Positions 6,510 through 14,750 of a DNA stretch of 64,000 nt are shown in pieces. Both the position numbers and the translations under genes were made by a program. How positions within the stretch are numbered: position 1 is the stretch's first letter; each line of letters starts with the position of its first letter. Location of the stretch: the IMG/VR virus record IMGVR_UViG_3300036766_002289, positions 310,001 through 374,000 of that record. One strand, 5' to 3'. The notes beneath the pieces are model-generated. The model was not told the origin of the DNA, ran no database searches, and saw only the letters and a program-made list of their open reading frames with translations.

Positions 6510-6880
6510 GCTATTCAGCCCTAACCCATCTCTATGTACAACTAAGCAATGCACTTATAACAATGCCTCTAATCTATAATGCCTCTAATAGATTAGTGCC
6601 TCACCCATTATAACTTATAAGTTAGTTGTACTATACATTGTAACAAAATAAAGAAAGGAGAAATTATGTTCAAAAAAGTTTGAAAAGGTTGAAGAAAAAG
6701 GCACCCCCGTACCCGCCATACCTGTCTTCTTATAGAAAAAGACTTGTTGCAAAATTAACGCCCACCAATTTTTGATTTTCCCCCTATAAGCTAAAAATTT
6801 ATTCAAAATGCGATTTTCAAAAATTGCGGCACCAAAATTTTCCCCTATTGCCTATAAGGTTCTAATTTGGTAGAATTTTG
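6510..6880. other. AT-rich non-coding junction; candidate replication origin or genome-end junction
   Basis: Short direct repeats (aatgcctctaat x2; caccaa..tttcccctat x2), inverted plus direct array core, GC content and GC skew change across it. Confidence 0.4.
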
Positions 6881-6916
6881 GCAAGGAAGTGGTTAGGGAT
6901 AGGGATTTATACATGT

Positions 6917-7210
6917 ATGGCTAGATTAAGCAGTCGGGAGAAGGATTTGGTTGCGTCAACATTTCCGTGTTACAGTGGTTATGCGACGACGGAAGAGGTG
7001 AAGGCAGCGAAATTAAAGGCTAGGGGTCATTACTGGCATGAGCCAGAGTATTACAATTTTTGTGCAATGTCTCCAAAGGGGCACAAGAAGTATTTTGATT
7101 ACTGTCATCATCCTGGGGAGATTGAGTATACAAAATGTTCTTGTTCCAGTGAAGATGACGAATCTAATTTTTACAGAATGAAAAAGGAAGCAAAGGAATG
7201 GACGAAATAG
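6917..7210 (+). CDS. Hypothetical protein
   Basis: ORF; ATG 6917 preferred over the TTG at 6878. Confidence 0.6.
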   Translation: MARLSSREKDLVASTFPCYSGYATTEEVKAAKLKARGHYWHEPEYYNFCAMSPKGHKKYFDYCHHPGEIEYTKCSCSSEDDESNFYRMKKEAKEWTK

Positions 7211-7248
7211 TATCAATTTAAGATAAACATGAACTTGCGGTAGCAAGT

Positions 7249-7919
7249 TCATTTTAACAGGGCTTGTTCGAAGGTAAAATTGCATAGTTGTTGTTCATGG
7301 ATGCCTTTAAATTGGGAGATAAAGCCAGAGGGGTGGGTAGGGCCGCTTTTTTCAAGTTCTTTATAGAAGGCGGCGTCATGGTTTTTATCTAGGTAGTCAG
7401 GGAACCAGGCATTGAATTGTTTATTGCAGGATAGACGCCAGGCTACTTGGGAGGCGTCAACGATATTGTAGGGTGAGATAGGGTTGGTTTGGTAATTAAG
7501 ATAGTATTCAAGGTCAACTGGACGGTTGATGGCATCTAGGTAGTATTCTTTTAGTGGGTCATAAAGGATGACGTTGGAGTAGCAGCTATTCACTTCTGGG
7601 TTTTTGGTAAAATAATCATTAAGGTTTTGGAGATAATCGGGGTGTAGGGCATCATCATCGCAGAGCATGATGGCGATATCGGCTGGGGATTCTTTAAGGA
7701 CTTTATTGACAACGAGACCTAAAGAAGACCCTTTTTTTGTTCTTTGGTATCGGTATTGCGGTAATAGGTATGTGGGATATTGATTTTAGCGGGTTTAGGG
7801 GAGTTATCATCATGGAAGAAGAGGGTCCAGTCATGGTAGGACGAGTTTTGGATGCTATGGAGGGCATTCTGGACTATTTCGGGTCTATTGTAATAGAGGA
7901 GTAGGATAAGTATATGCAT
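7249..7919 (-). CDS. GT2-family glycosyltransferase split by a -1 frameshift at A_AAA_AAG (7737-7731)
   Basis: N-half YYNRPE...SIQNSSYHDWTLFFHDDNS; C-half IMLCDDDALHPDYL; joined by a -1 shift. Confidence 0.75.
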
Positions 7920-7992
7920 AGTATTATTTAGTAGTAAACTGGTGGAAGTTAATAAAAACGGATTTTTGATTAGTTTTCTAGTATATATGGTC

Positions 7993-8634
7993 ATGTATAG
8001 ATTCAAAGAGTGGTTATCAAGAAGGGATGAGGTAAGTTACAATCCAAATCTTGGGAATGTCTTACCGAATGCAGTTCAGCAGAATCAGGATTTTTCTTTA
8101 CCTACGGCGGCGATGAAGACAGGTGCAGCGGCATTACAGGGTGTAGGGGCACTGGCAGGTGGGATGGTAGCGGCGTTGAGTGGGATACCAGTGACGATAC
8201 AGGCGATGCAGGGGGCAAAGGCAAGGTTTGAGCGGGCACAGGGTTATGTGTTAAATTACTTATTAAAGAATCCACAGGGTAAGGATTTTCTTTTATCTAA
8301 GGTAGATGAAGTATTGGCATTTTTGGAGAGTAATAAGGATACGGGGGTAATAAGTGGTGGTGGTAACTTACCTGCTGTGAACATGGGTGGGGTGCATGGT
8401 GGGACGACTGCGGCGTTATGGAGGGGGATAAGTACATCGTTTAGGAATTTATATGATACGTTGATGAACAAGAGTAATTACGATGTTGCATACAAGAAGT
8501 TCTTGGATCAGTACAAGGTAATGTTTGAGTCATTGGGGGAGATGACTAAGGAAGTGGCGTATGGGAAGTTAAGGGCATTTAAGCAGGCGGCATCTAGGCC
8601 AGACAATTATATTGATCCAGATACGATGAAATAA
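7993..8634 (+). CDS. Hypothetical protein with capsid-targeting-like N-terminus
   Basis: TATATA 7982-7987 then MYRFKEWLSRRDE. Confidence 0.7.
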   Translation: MYRFKEWLSRRDEVSYNPNLGNVLPNAVQQNQDFSLPTAAMKTGAAALQGVGALAGGMVAALSGIPVTIQAMQGAKARFERAQGYVLNYLLKNPQGKDFLLSKVDEVLAFLESNKDTGVISGGGNLPAVNMGGVHGGTTAALWRGISTSFRNLYDTLMNKSNYDVAYKKFLDQYKVMFESLGEMTKEVAYGKLRAFKQAASRPDNYIDPDTMK

Positions 8635-8648
8635 GGATATATAAAGTC

Positions 8649-8834
8649 ATGAAGACATTTCAAGATTGGTTAAAAGTTAAGGAATCGACTGCATTTACTA
8701 GGAGTAGGAATGCGGCTGCGTTGGGTATAGGTCCATCAATACCAGATGCGGAGATTAACAGTCACGATACGGCGCGTCCTTGGGTATCAAAGGCGATTCA
8801 GAAGAGGAACAAGAAGAAGAAAAAGAAGATGTGA
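8649..8834 (+). CDS. Small protein with capsid-targeting-like N-terminus and poly-Lys tail
   Basis: MKTFQDWLKVKE...KKKKKKM. Confidence 0.75.
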   Translation: MKTFQDWLKVKESTAFTRSRNAAALGIGPSIPDAEINSHDTARPWVSKAIQKRNKKKKKKM

Positions 8835-8855
8835 GGTTAGGGCTTGCTAAGTAGT

Positions 8856-9107
8856 TTACTTGGCACCGATTGGGCAATAAGAAACCTCGCCGTTATTACC
8901 TACGTTATAGCCAAAGAAAGAGATAATATTTCCATCATCAGTGACCATATCAATTTGGTTAACGCTGAATCTTACTTTTGTTATTTTCCTACCTTCTAGG
9001 TTTTTCGATATGTCGAAGCTGGAGTCAATCATTTCTTTACGAACTTTATCGCCAGCGTTACAGCCGACGAGGAGTAGGAGTAGTAAAAGGCATAATAGGG
9101 TTTTCAT
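8856..9107 (-). CDS. Putative lipoprotein
   Basis: MKTLLCLLLLLLLVGC: hydrophobic signal with LVGC lipobox. Confidence 0.7.
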   Translation of the reverse strand: MKTLLCLLLLLLLVGCNAGDKVRKEMIDSSFDISKNLEGRKITKVRFSVNQIDMVTDDGNIISFFGYNVGNNGEVSYCPIGAK

Positions 9108-9352
9108 TCTAACCATTCCTTTGATTTATAGTTTCCGAGTTGGTCACTTTGTTCAAGAATTTCGATAGTAGAGAAGTAAAAATCATCATCGCTATTTGAG
9201 TTAAAGCCAGTTTCGCTTACCATAACGACAGAGCCTAGAGAGTCAACTGGTTTATGGGTAAGTTGTTTAAAGGCATCGACGGCGGCTTGTTTATGGGAAT
9301 TCCGTTCGATTACGAGTTTAAAGTCTCCTGAAGAGACGTAATATTTTGCCAT
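9104..9352 (-). CDS. Hypothetical protein
   Basis: AGGA RBS, MAKYYVSSG; operon packing. Confidence 0.75.
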   Translation of the reverse strand: MAKYYVSSGDFKLVIERNSHKQAAVDAFKQLTHKPVDSLGSVVMVSETGFNSNSDDDFYFSTIEILEQSDQLGNYKSKEWLE

Positions 9353-9353
9353 T

Positions 9354-9581
9354 TTATTCCTGATTGTCTGCGAGTTGTTTAAAATGATCTGCTGCAACTT
9401 CCATTAATTCGCTTACTTGAATTTCGGTAAGGTTGCAGTAGATGATATCCCAACCTTCATGGACTAGATTTTGGTTGGTTTTAGCTTCTTTGTTGGAATG
9501 AAAGACCACTCCAGCGAAGGTATGACGTTTTGAGAGTTCTTGGATAAGTTCCTTGGTTGAGAAGTAATCTAGGTCGTTCAT
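9354..9581 (-). CDS. Hypothetical protein
   Basis: AGGAG RBS, operon packing. Confidence 0.75.
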   Translation of the reverse strand: MNDLDYFSTKELIQELSKRHTFAGVVFHSNKEAKTNQNLVHEGWDIIYCNLTEIQVSELMEVAADHFKQLADNQE

Positions 9582-9590
9582 AAAGTTCTC

Positions 9591-10202
9591 CTATTTAAAC
9601 CCGTATGCAACGCTAACTTTGAGGCTAATCTCTGGGAGGTGGATATGGTCGCACAGTTTATGTTTTTTTGCTTCTTTGGCATCTAAGTACCATTCTGCGT
9701 GTGCTTTATGATGAATGATGTCTAGGAAATAGTCAGGTAGTTGTCCACAATTTTTGGAGAGTAGGCCAAAAATCTGTTTATTGAGTTTTTCAGTTTGTTT
9801 AATATCTGCTTTTAGTTCTTCGACTTTGCCGCCGATAAAGTTAGAAACATCATGCAGCATAAGGGTAGCATGTTCGGACATAAAACGCAAGCCTTTATTT
9901 CCGAATCCGAAGATAATTCCGCCAGCTGACATGGCTTTGGATTCACAGATGGTGGCGACTGGTAATTTGCAATTTTGAATTTCTGAAATCATGGAAAGGC
10001 AGGCATATACTTGACCGCCGTAGGAATCGACGACGATAGGTACAATAGTTTGTCCAGTGTTACAGGCTTTATTAATGTCTTCTGAGAAGTGTTTGGAGCC
10101 ATCTTCGTCAAATTTGGTTATTCTGACGACGATAGGTAGGTCAATAACATCTTCGACAGTTTTTATTTTGAGTCTGGGGTCAATTTCGATTTTTCTGAGC
10201 AT
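9591..10202 (-). CDS. clpP: ClpP-like serine protease (S14)
   Basis: DSYGGQVY, AMSAG (catalytic Ser), LMLHD (His), WYLDAKEAKKHKLCD. Confidence 0.85.
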   Translation of the reverse strand: MLRKIEIDPRLKIKTVEDVIDLPIVVRITKFDEDGSKHFSEDINKACNTGQTIVPIVVDSYGGQVYACLSMISEIQNCKLPVATICESKAMSAGGIIFGFGNKGLRFMSEHATLMLHDVSNFIGGKVEELKADIKQTEKLNKQIFGLLSKNCGQLPDYFLDIIHHKAHAEWYLDAKEAKKHKLCDHIHLPEISLKVSVAYGFK

Positions 10203-10819
10203 TGAATTTCCCTTGCGAGCCAGATTATTCTATTTTTAATGATATAGGTGACACTACAATTGGTGATTTTGCCTATATTGGATATACAGTGGGTGATTTT
10301 TACTACATTTTGGATAAAGTCTGTATGTGTAACAAGTATAGATTTTTCTGGGATAAAGTCAAGGACTTGCATTAATCTGTTACAAAAATCGCTATCATTT
10401 TCATGACAAGTTCGTTTACTTAGGTCTGTGCAGGGTAAAAATGGGATGGGGCAATTTTCGCTTATGATTGCGGATGTTTCGGTACATCTATAATAGGGGC
10501 TACAGAAGCCGACGAAGCCTTGGAGTTGCATATTGGTAAGGAATTTAGCGGCAGTTTCGGCTTGTTTACGGCCTAGTTCTGTGAGTGGGCCATTTTCTTG
10601 GGTGGTAGGGCTTTCGGCATGGCGAAGGATTATAATTTCCTTCAGGTAAATAATTTGGTTTTCATCGGACACAAACTTTAGTTTTTTGCAATCAAGGAAG
10701 CCAGACTTCAGGTCGCCATTTTTTTCTTTTTCTGTTAGTTTGCTAAAGGCATCACCGTGATTTGGACCAGTGACGATTTTATCATCCGTTAAAATAGCTG
10801 GGACCATGTAAGCCTCCAT
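10163..10819 (-). CDS. Histidine phosphatase superfamily protein
   Basis: LRHAE, LTELGRKQA, SPYYRCTET, LVTH. Confidence 0.8.
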   Translation of the reverse strand: MEAYMVPAILTDDKIVTGPNHGDAFSKLTEKEKNGDLKSGFLDCKKLKFVSDENQIIYLKEIIILRHAESPTTQENGPLTELGRKQAETAAKFLTNMQLQGFVGFCSPYYRCTETSAIISENCPIPFLPCTDLSKRTCHENDSDFCNRLMQVLDFIPEKSILVTHTDFIQNVVKITHCISNIGKITNCSVTYIIKNRIIWLAREIQCSEKSKLTPDSK

Positions 10820-10828
10820 TCTTCATAT

Positions 10829-11656
10829 CTACTTATCAGATGAGTTTTTATAGGAATTAATAACTTTACCAACATAGTCCATTACTTTATTAGCGTTATA
10901 TTTAAGTAGTACTTCATAAGGGTCGCCCATGCCGAACACAGTTGGTGGTTCAAAGCGGAACATATTTTTGTGGAAATAGGGTGGTAGACCGCGTTTGTAA
11001 TGGATGAGTTTTTTAAGTTCATTATCCAGTAGGTTATTTTCGATATTAACAGTGCCGTAATAGGTTAGATGACCATAATATTCCAATAATGTCAATGCCC
11101 AAGCAGTTTTTTCTGAATCTACCCAATTAGGTTGAGTTTTTGAAAAATAGTCAGCAAATTCTAGGACTCTTTTGATGAATTGGTCTGGTATTTTTTCGAT
11201 ACATATTGTATCGCCTAATGGAAGCCACAGTTCTTCTTTGATATTTTTTGCTTCTCTTACGGTTTTCACAAAATCTTCTGATCTACTTTTTTCGACTGTA
11301 AATTCTGGGTCCATTTGGAAAACAATGTCGATGGAGCTAGATTCAAATGGTTTTATTAGAATTGTATCTGGATGAAGGATTGTCACAGGTGGTTTTAGTA
11401 GATTCTTGGTCAGGGCAACATAGAGTCCGTATATTCGATTAAAGCTTGGACAGCCTTTATCTCGACCTATATTATCATGCACAAAGACATTTTTATGGTG
11501 GCGAAGGTTTTTAGCTTCGGTATAGATTGGTTGATTATTCTCAGCTAGACCGATGGTTAGCGAGTCTTGCAAATTGTGCATTTTGAAACTTTCAATAAGA
11601 AGTTCCAATTGCCAATGGTGATAGGCTATGTTTTCTGCGCTTACGAAATAATGCAT
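10829..11656 (-). CDS. Putative glycosyltransferase resembling GT95/GT96 protein O-glycosyltransferases
   Basis: FVSAE..Y.HWQ.ELLIESF, PSFNR, ILHPDTILIKP pattern recalled from those families. Confidence 0.45.
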   Translation of the reverse strand: MHYFVSAENIAYHHWQLELLIESFKMHNLQDSLTIGLAENNQPIYTEAKNLRHHKNVFVHDNIGRDKGCPSFNRIYGLYVALTKNLLKPPVTILHPDTILIKPFESSSIDIVFQMDPEFTVEKSRSEDFVKTVREAKNIKEELWLPLGDTICIEKIPDQFIKRVLEFADYFSKTQPNWVDSEKTAWALTLLEYYGHLTYYGTVNIENNLLDNELKKLIHYKRGLPPYFHKNMFRFEPPTVFGMGDPYEVLLKYNANKVMDYVGKVINSYKNSSDK

Positions 11657-11657
11657 A

Positions 11658-11963
11658 TTAGTTTTCTATAAAATTCTCTAAGAACAAACGATAGACTTTG
11701 CTATAGGCTTTGCCCCAATTGGGTCCATGAACATCATTATCTTTATCCCACGCAACGGCATGAGCGACTTCATGGATCATCACATCAATTGAGTAATTTT
11801 CGGATAAAATTCTGTTTATTTTGATGTGGAAGCCATTCTTTTTAAGTTCACATTGTCCATCTAATGAAGAATTGAGTTTAACTCTTCTGATAACAAGGGG
11901 CTTTTCGGCCAGATTGCTATTTTTAAAAAATGTCGCCACACGGCGATAGAGGTCGTAATCCAT
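11658..11963 (-). CDS. Small zinc metallopeptidase (SprT-like)
   Basis: HEVAH...HGPNW. Confidence 0.7.
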   Translation of the reverse strand: MDYDLYRRVATFFKNSNLAEKPLVIRRVKLNSSLDGQCELKKNGFHIKINRILSENYSIDVMIHEVAHAVAWDKDNDVHGPNWGKAYSKVYRLFLENFIEN

Positions 11964-11996
11964 GAACCCCCTAGTTTAGATGTATTGTTATTTAGT

Positions 11997-12659
11997 TTAA
12001 ACTGAGTAGTTTTTGCCACTTCGAACGTCATATATAAGAATACTGCGTAAATTAGGCCATTTATCTTTTAAATTTCTACCAAGTTCCAAGAATTTTGATA
12101 TATGTTCGGCTCGATCTTCGAATACTTCGACAGTTTGTATTTCTTGCGACATAAGGCGGTTAATAATCACGAATGCTTTATAGTCAAAGGTATCGTTAGA
12201 TTTAGGGTATTCTGGGTGGCTAGTTAGGTCTTTCTGACCTTTAAAGAAATATTCATTTGCATGGACGCCATAGCTTGAAAGAATTTCTTTAACGCGATCT
12301 TTCAGGGCTGCGTGTCTTCCTGTCATAATTACTGTATAGGTTTGTGGGTCATTATGGAAGGATTTTAGTGCATTAGCTACGTTAGGATTAAGTTTATCTG
12401 GGGTTGGGTGAAAGATAGGTGGGTGGAGTGTTTCTTGTCTGCCCCACCAACCAGTTCTTCTAAATTTAGGGTCAAAACCATTTTGTATGGCAGTATCTTT
12501 ATCTTTTACGTACCAGGGTTTGCCAGTACTTTTTTCATATTCTGGGATACCTTCTTCGGGGGTTGGGGTAAACACAAGGGTATCATCGAAGTCAATAATG
12601 ACTAGGCGATTGATCCCTGTTGGGGCACTTTCCATAAACGTTTTGAAATTAAGCTTCAT
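11997..12659 (-). CDS. HAD phosphatase, Swiss-Army-knife RNA-repair type
   Basis: IDFDDTLVFTP, GWW, MTGR, DTFDYK, FEDR motifs. Confidence 0.75.
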   Translation of the reverse strand: MKLNFKTFMESAPTGINRLVIIDFDDTLVFTPTPEEGIPEYEKSTGKPWYVKDKDTAIQNGFDPKFRRTGWWGRQETLHPPIFHPTPDKLNPNVANALKSFHNDPQTYTVIMTGRHAALKDRVKEILSSYGVHANEYFFKGQKDLTSHPEYPKSNDTFDYKAFVIINRLMSQEIQTVEVFEDRAEHISKFLELGRNLKDKWPNLRSILIYDVRSGKNYSV

Positions 12660-14169
12660 TTGGCTTGGTCATATTCTGACGGAACTTATTGGTTTCAATG
12701 GACTTAATAGCGTTTCCAAATTCTTCGCCTTGTGGTATTTTGCCGCCAAGTTGTTGAATAATTTCTGGGTTGATAGTTTTTCTATCGCCATCTTGCACAT
12801 AGCCTTTAGTTTGAAGGTTATGGTTCATAAACTTACCAATAATATCTTCTGGTAGTTTATTCATTCTTCCCCATTGTTTAGCGAGGCTAGGAACGATGCC
12901 TGTTCTATGGAAATCTTTTTTCATATCATAGAACTTATCAAAGAATGCTTGTGGATTTTGTCCATGAGAAGAAACCCACTTAGAAAGTTCGATTAAGTGA
13001 GTAATATCACGGATTTCATCATTGGTCCAGGTGCCTTGTTTTAGGACTTGTTCGATCTTATTGGTTGGGTTATTTCTCAATAGCCAAGCGATAGCGAGTC
13101 TTTTTTCTTTCTTATCGCTGAAGTCTTCTGGGGCATCTAGTTTAAACTGTAGGTCTGGGAATACGGTATTAAGTAGTCCAAGGTCTTTGAACAATTTAAC
13201 ATATTGAGTTGGGTCAACATCTGGGTGTTGTAGGCCCTTTAGGAATTCGTCTCTAATACGTTCACGGCTTACAGATGGAAGGTCTTTAATATCCAAGATA
13301 GCTTCTTTTACTTCATCTGGAATCTTGGTATTTTTACCGTGAGAAGCGACGAAGCGGAGGTAACGCATAGCTCTTAGTTGGTCTTCTTCTAGGCGTTCTT
13401 TGGCATTGCCAACGAACTTAACTTCACCGCTTCTAATGTGGTGAGCGCCGCCGTGTGGGTCAATAAGTTTGGAATTGGCACCGTCTGATGAGGTTAGTGG
13501 GATGTACATGGAGTTCATAGTGAAGTCTCTTCTTTGTGCATCGTCATCTAGTCCAGCGAATTCCATACGATCTGGGGTGCGGCCATCGCCGCTTTTTGAG
13601 TCTTTTCTGAAGGTTGCAATTTCGAATTCTTCACCATTAACTCTAGCACCGATTACGAATTCTTTGCCGCTACGATCCCAGCCTTTGGCGTAGAAAATTT
13701 TGCTCTTATTACCAGCTTCTGGGTGTTTGTCATACTTTTTATCTACAGGAGCATTCTTACCAGTTTGTGGTTTAGTTTCAGCGAAGCCTGCGCTTCTAAG
13801 GATAAGTCTAATTTCATCTGGGGTAGCATCTGTGGCAAGGTCATAATCTTTAGGTGTTTTGCCTTTAAGATGATCTCTTACAGCGCCGCCAACAAGGTAT
13901 AGACCTTTCTTTTTTAATTTAGGTGTAGTTTCACCTTTGGCGTCGATAGTGGTTAGTTTCTGTGGATAGCCATCTGGACCTGGGAAATTAACTTGGCCGC
14001 TATCAAGGAAAGCCTTGATGATGGTTCTTAGGTTTGGATGGTGTTCCGCATCGACTGTGAATGGCTTAAAGTCACTATCGTCACCGAGTTTAACTTCGGA
14101 GGGTGCTTTCTTTCCACCTTCTTCTACATTTTCTTTCAAGCTCAAATATTCTAAAAAAGTTTTTCTCAT
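12649..14169 (-). CDS. cca: tRNA nucleotidyltransferase (CCA-adding)/poly(A) polymerase family
   Basis: VGGAVRD..DYDLATD, RRDFTMN, EDQLRAMRYLRF, SRERIRDE. Confidence 0.9.
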   Translation of the reverse strand: MRKTFLEYLSLKENVEEGGKKAPSEVKLGDDSDFKPFTVDAEHHPNLRTIIKAFLDSGQVNFPGPDGYPQKLTTIDAKGETTPKLKKKGLYLVGGAVRDHLKGKTPKDYDLATDATPDEIRLILRSAGFAETKPQTGKNAPVDKKYDKHPEAGNKSKIFYAKGWDRSGKEFVIGARVNGEEFEIATFRKDSKSGDGRTPDRMEFAGLDDDAQRRDFTMNSMYIPLTSSDGANSKLIDPHGGAHHIRSGEVKFVGNAKERLEEDQLRAMRYLRFVASHGKNTKIPDEVKEAILDIKDLPSVSRERIRDEFLKGLQHPDVDPTQYVKLFKDLGLLNTVFPDLQFKLDAPEDFSDKKEKRLAIAWLLRNNPTNKIEQVLKQGTWTNDEIRDITHLIELSKWVSSHGQNPQAFFDKFYDMKKDFHRTGIVPSLAKQWGRMNKLPEDIIGKFMNHNLQTKGYVQDGDRKTINPEIIQQLGGKIPQGEEFGNAIKSIETNKFRQNMTKPNEA

Positions 14170-14279
14170 AGCTTTACCTTATTATTATTTATGGTTTGGC
14201 TCAAATTTTCTATAGAATAATAGACCGTCTTTTTCTAATTGGTTCTAGGAAAAACTCAAATTTAGCCTAAATAATTATT

Positions 14280-14735
14280 ATGGATAACGAAGAATTGGAA
14301 AAATTACTTCCACAGATAAATGTAAGTGTACCACAACAATTGCCGCAACAAGAGGAAAAAGAGAGCATAATTCCACCTGAGTTAATTCTAGGGTTATTTG
14401 ATGAATCTTTAAACGATATAAAGAAGCAGGGGGAGCAGCTTGATACTTTGATAGATGCCTTTGTAGATATGGTTATAAATGGTGGGGACTCGACTACATC
14501 GAGTAAAGAGGCTTTGGTAAATTTGGTTAAAATCAAAACAGATACGACGAACAATAAGAGTAAAATCTTAGATTTAATGACTAGGATTCATTTAAAGGAT
14601 AAGGACACTTTCCCAAGGTATTTGAATTTGCACGCACAGCAAACGAACAACATAGCTGGGCCGACTGATAAAAGGGAGTTAATCAAGCATCTGAACAAAA
14701 TCCAGAAAAAGAATAAGGAAAATAGCGGCGCATAA
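14280..14735 (+). CDS. Hypothetical protein
   Basis: ORF with TAAATA 6 nt upstream. Confidence 0.75.
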   Translation: MDNEELEKLLPQINVSVPQQLPQQEEKESIIPPELILGLFDESLNDIKKQGEQLDTLIDAFVDMVINGGDSTTSSKEALVNLVKIKTDTTNNKSKILDLMTRIHLKDKDTFPRYLNLHAQQTNNIAGPTDKRELIKHLNKIQKKNKENSGA

Positions 14736-14750
14736 ACGCTAAATAATAAA

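Larger units (their letters stand above)
54..6631 (+). repeat. Array of ~22 dispersed direct repeats (core TAGTTGTAC, usually TAGTTGTACCAATTAGG[T/G]TGT[G/A]AT), nearly all placed just upstream of a small ORF
   Basis: Copies start near 58, 428, 878, 1216, 1425(partial), 1812, 2096, 2373, 2613(truncated), 2931, 3106(partial), 3485, 3698, 4078, 4324, 4653, 4897, 5246, 5615, 5858, 6165, 6622(partial); inverted partial copies at 4046-4059 and 6536-6546. Confidence 0.97.

Noticed and set aside
54-6631. CRISPR array
   Set aside because: Intervals are ~170-600 bp, variable, and contain RBS-led ORFs; there is no cas operon, and the Cas4-like gene is 47 kb away next to primase, as is usual for stand-alone phage nucleases.
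54-6631. Classical integron with attC sites
   Set aside because: No RYYYAAC/GTTRRRY box pairs, the element is shorter than attC, and no IntI-like integrase is in the window; kept only as an analogy.
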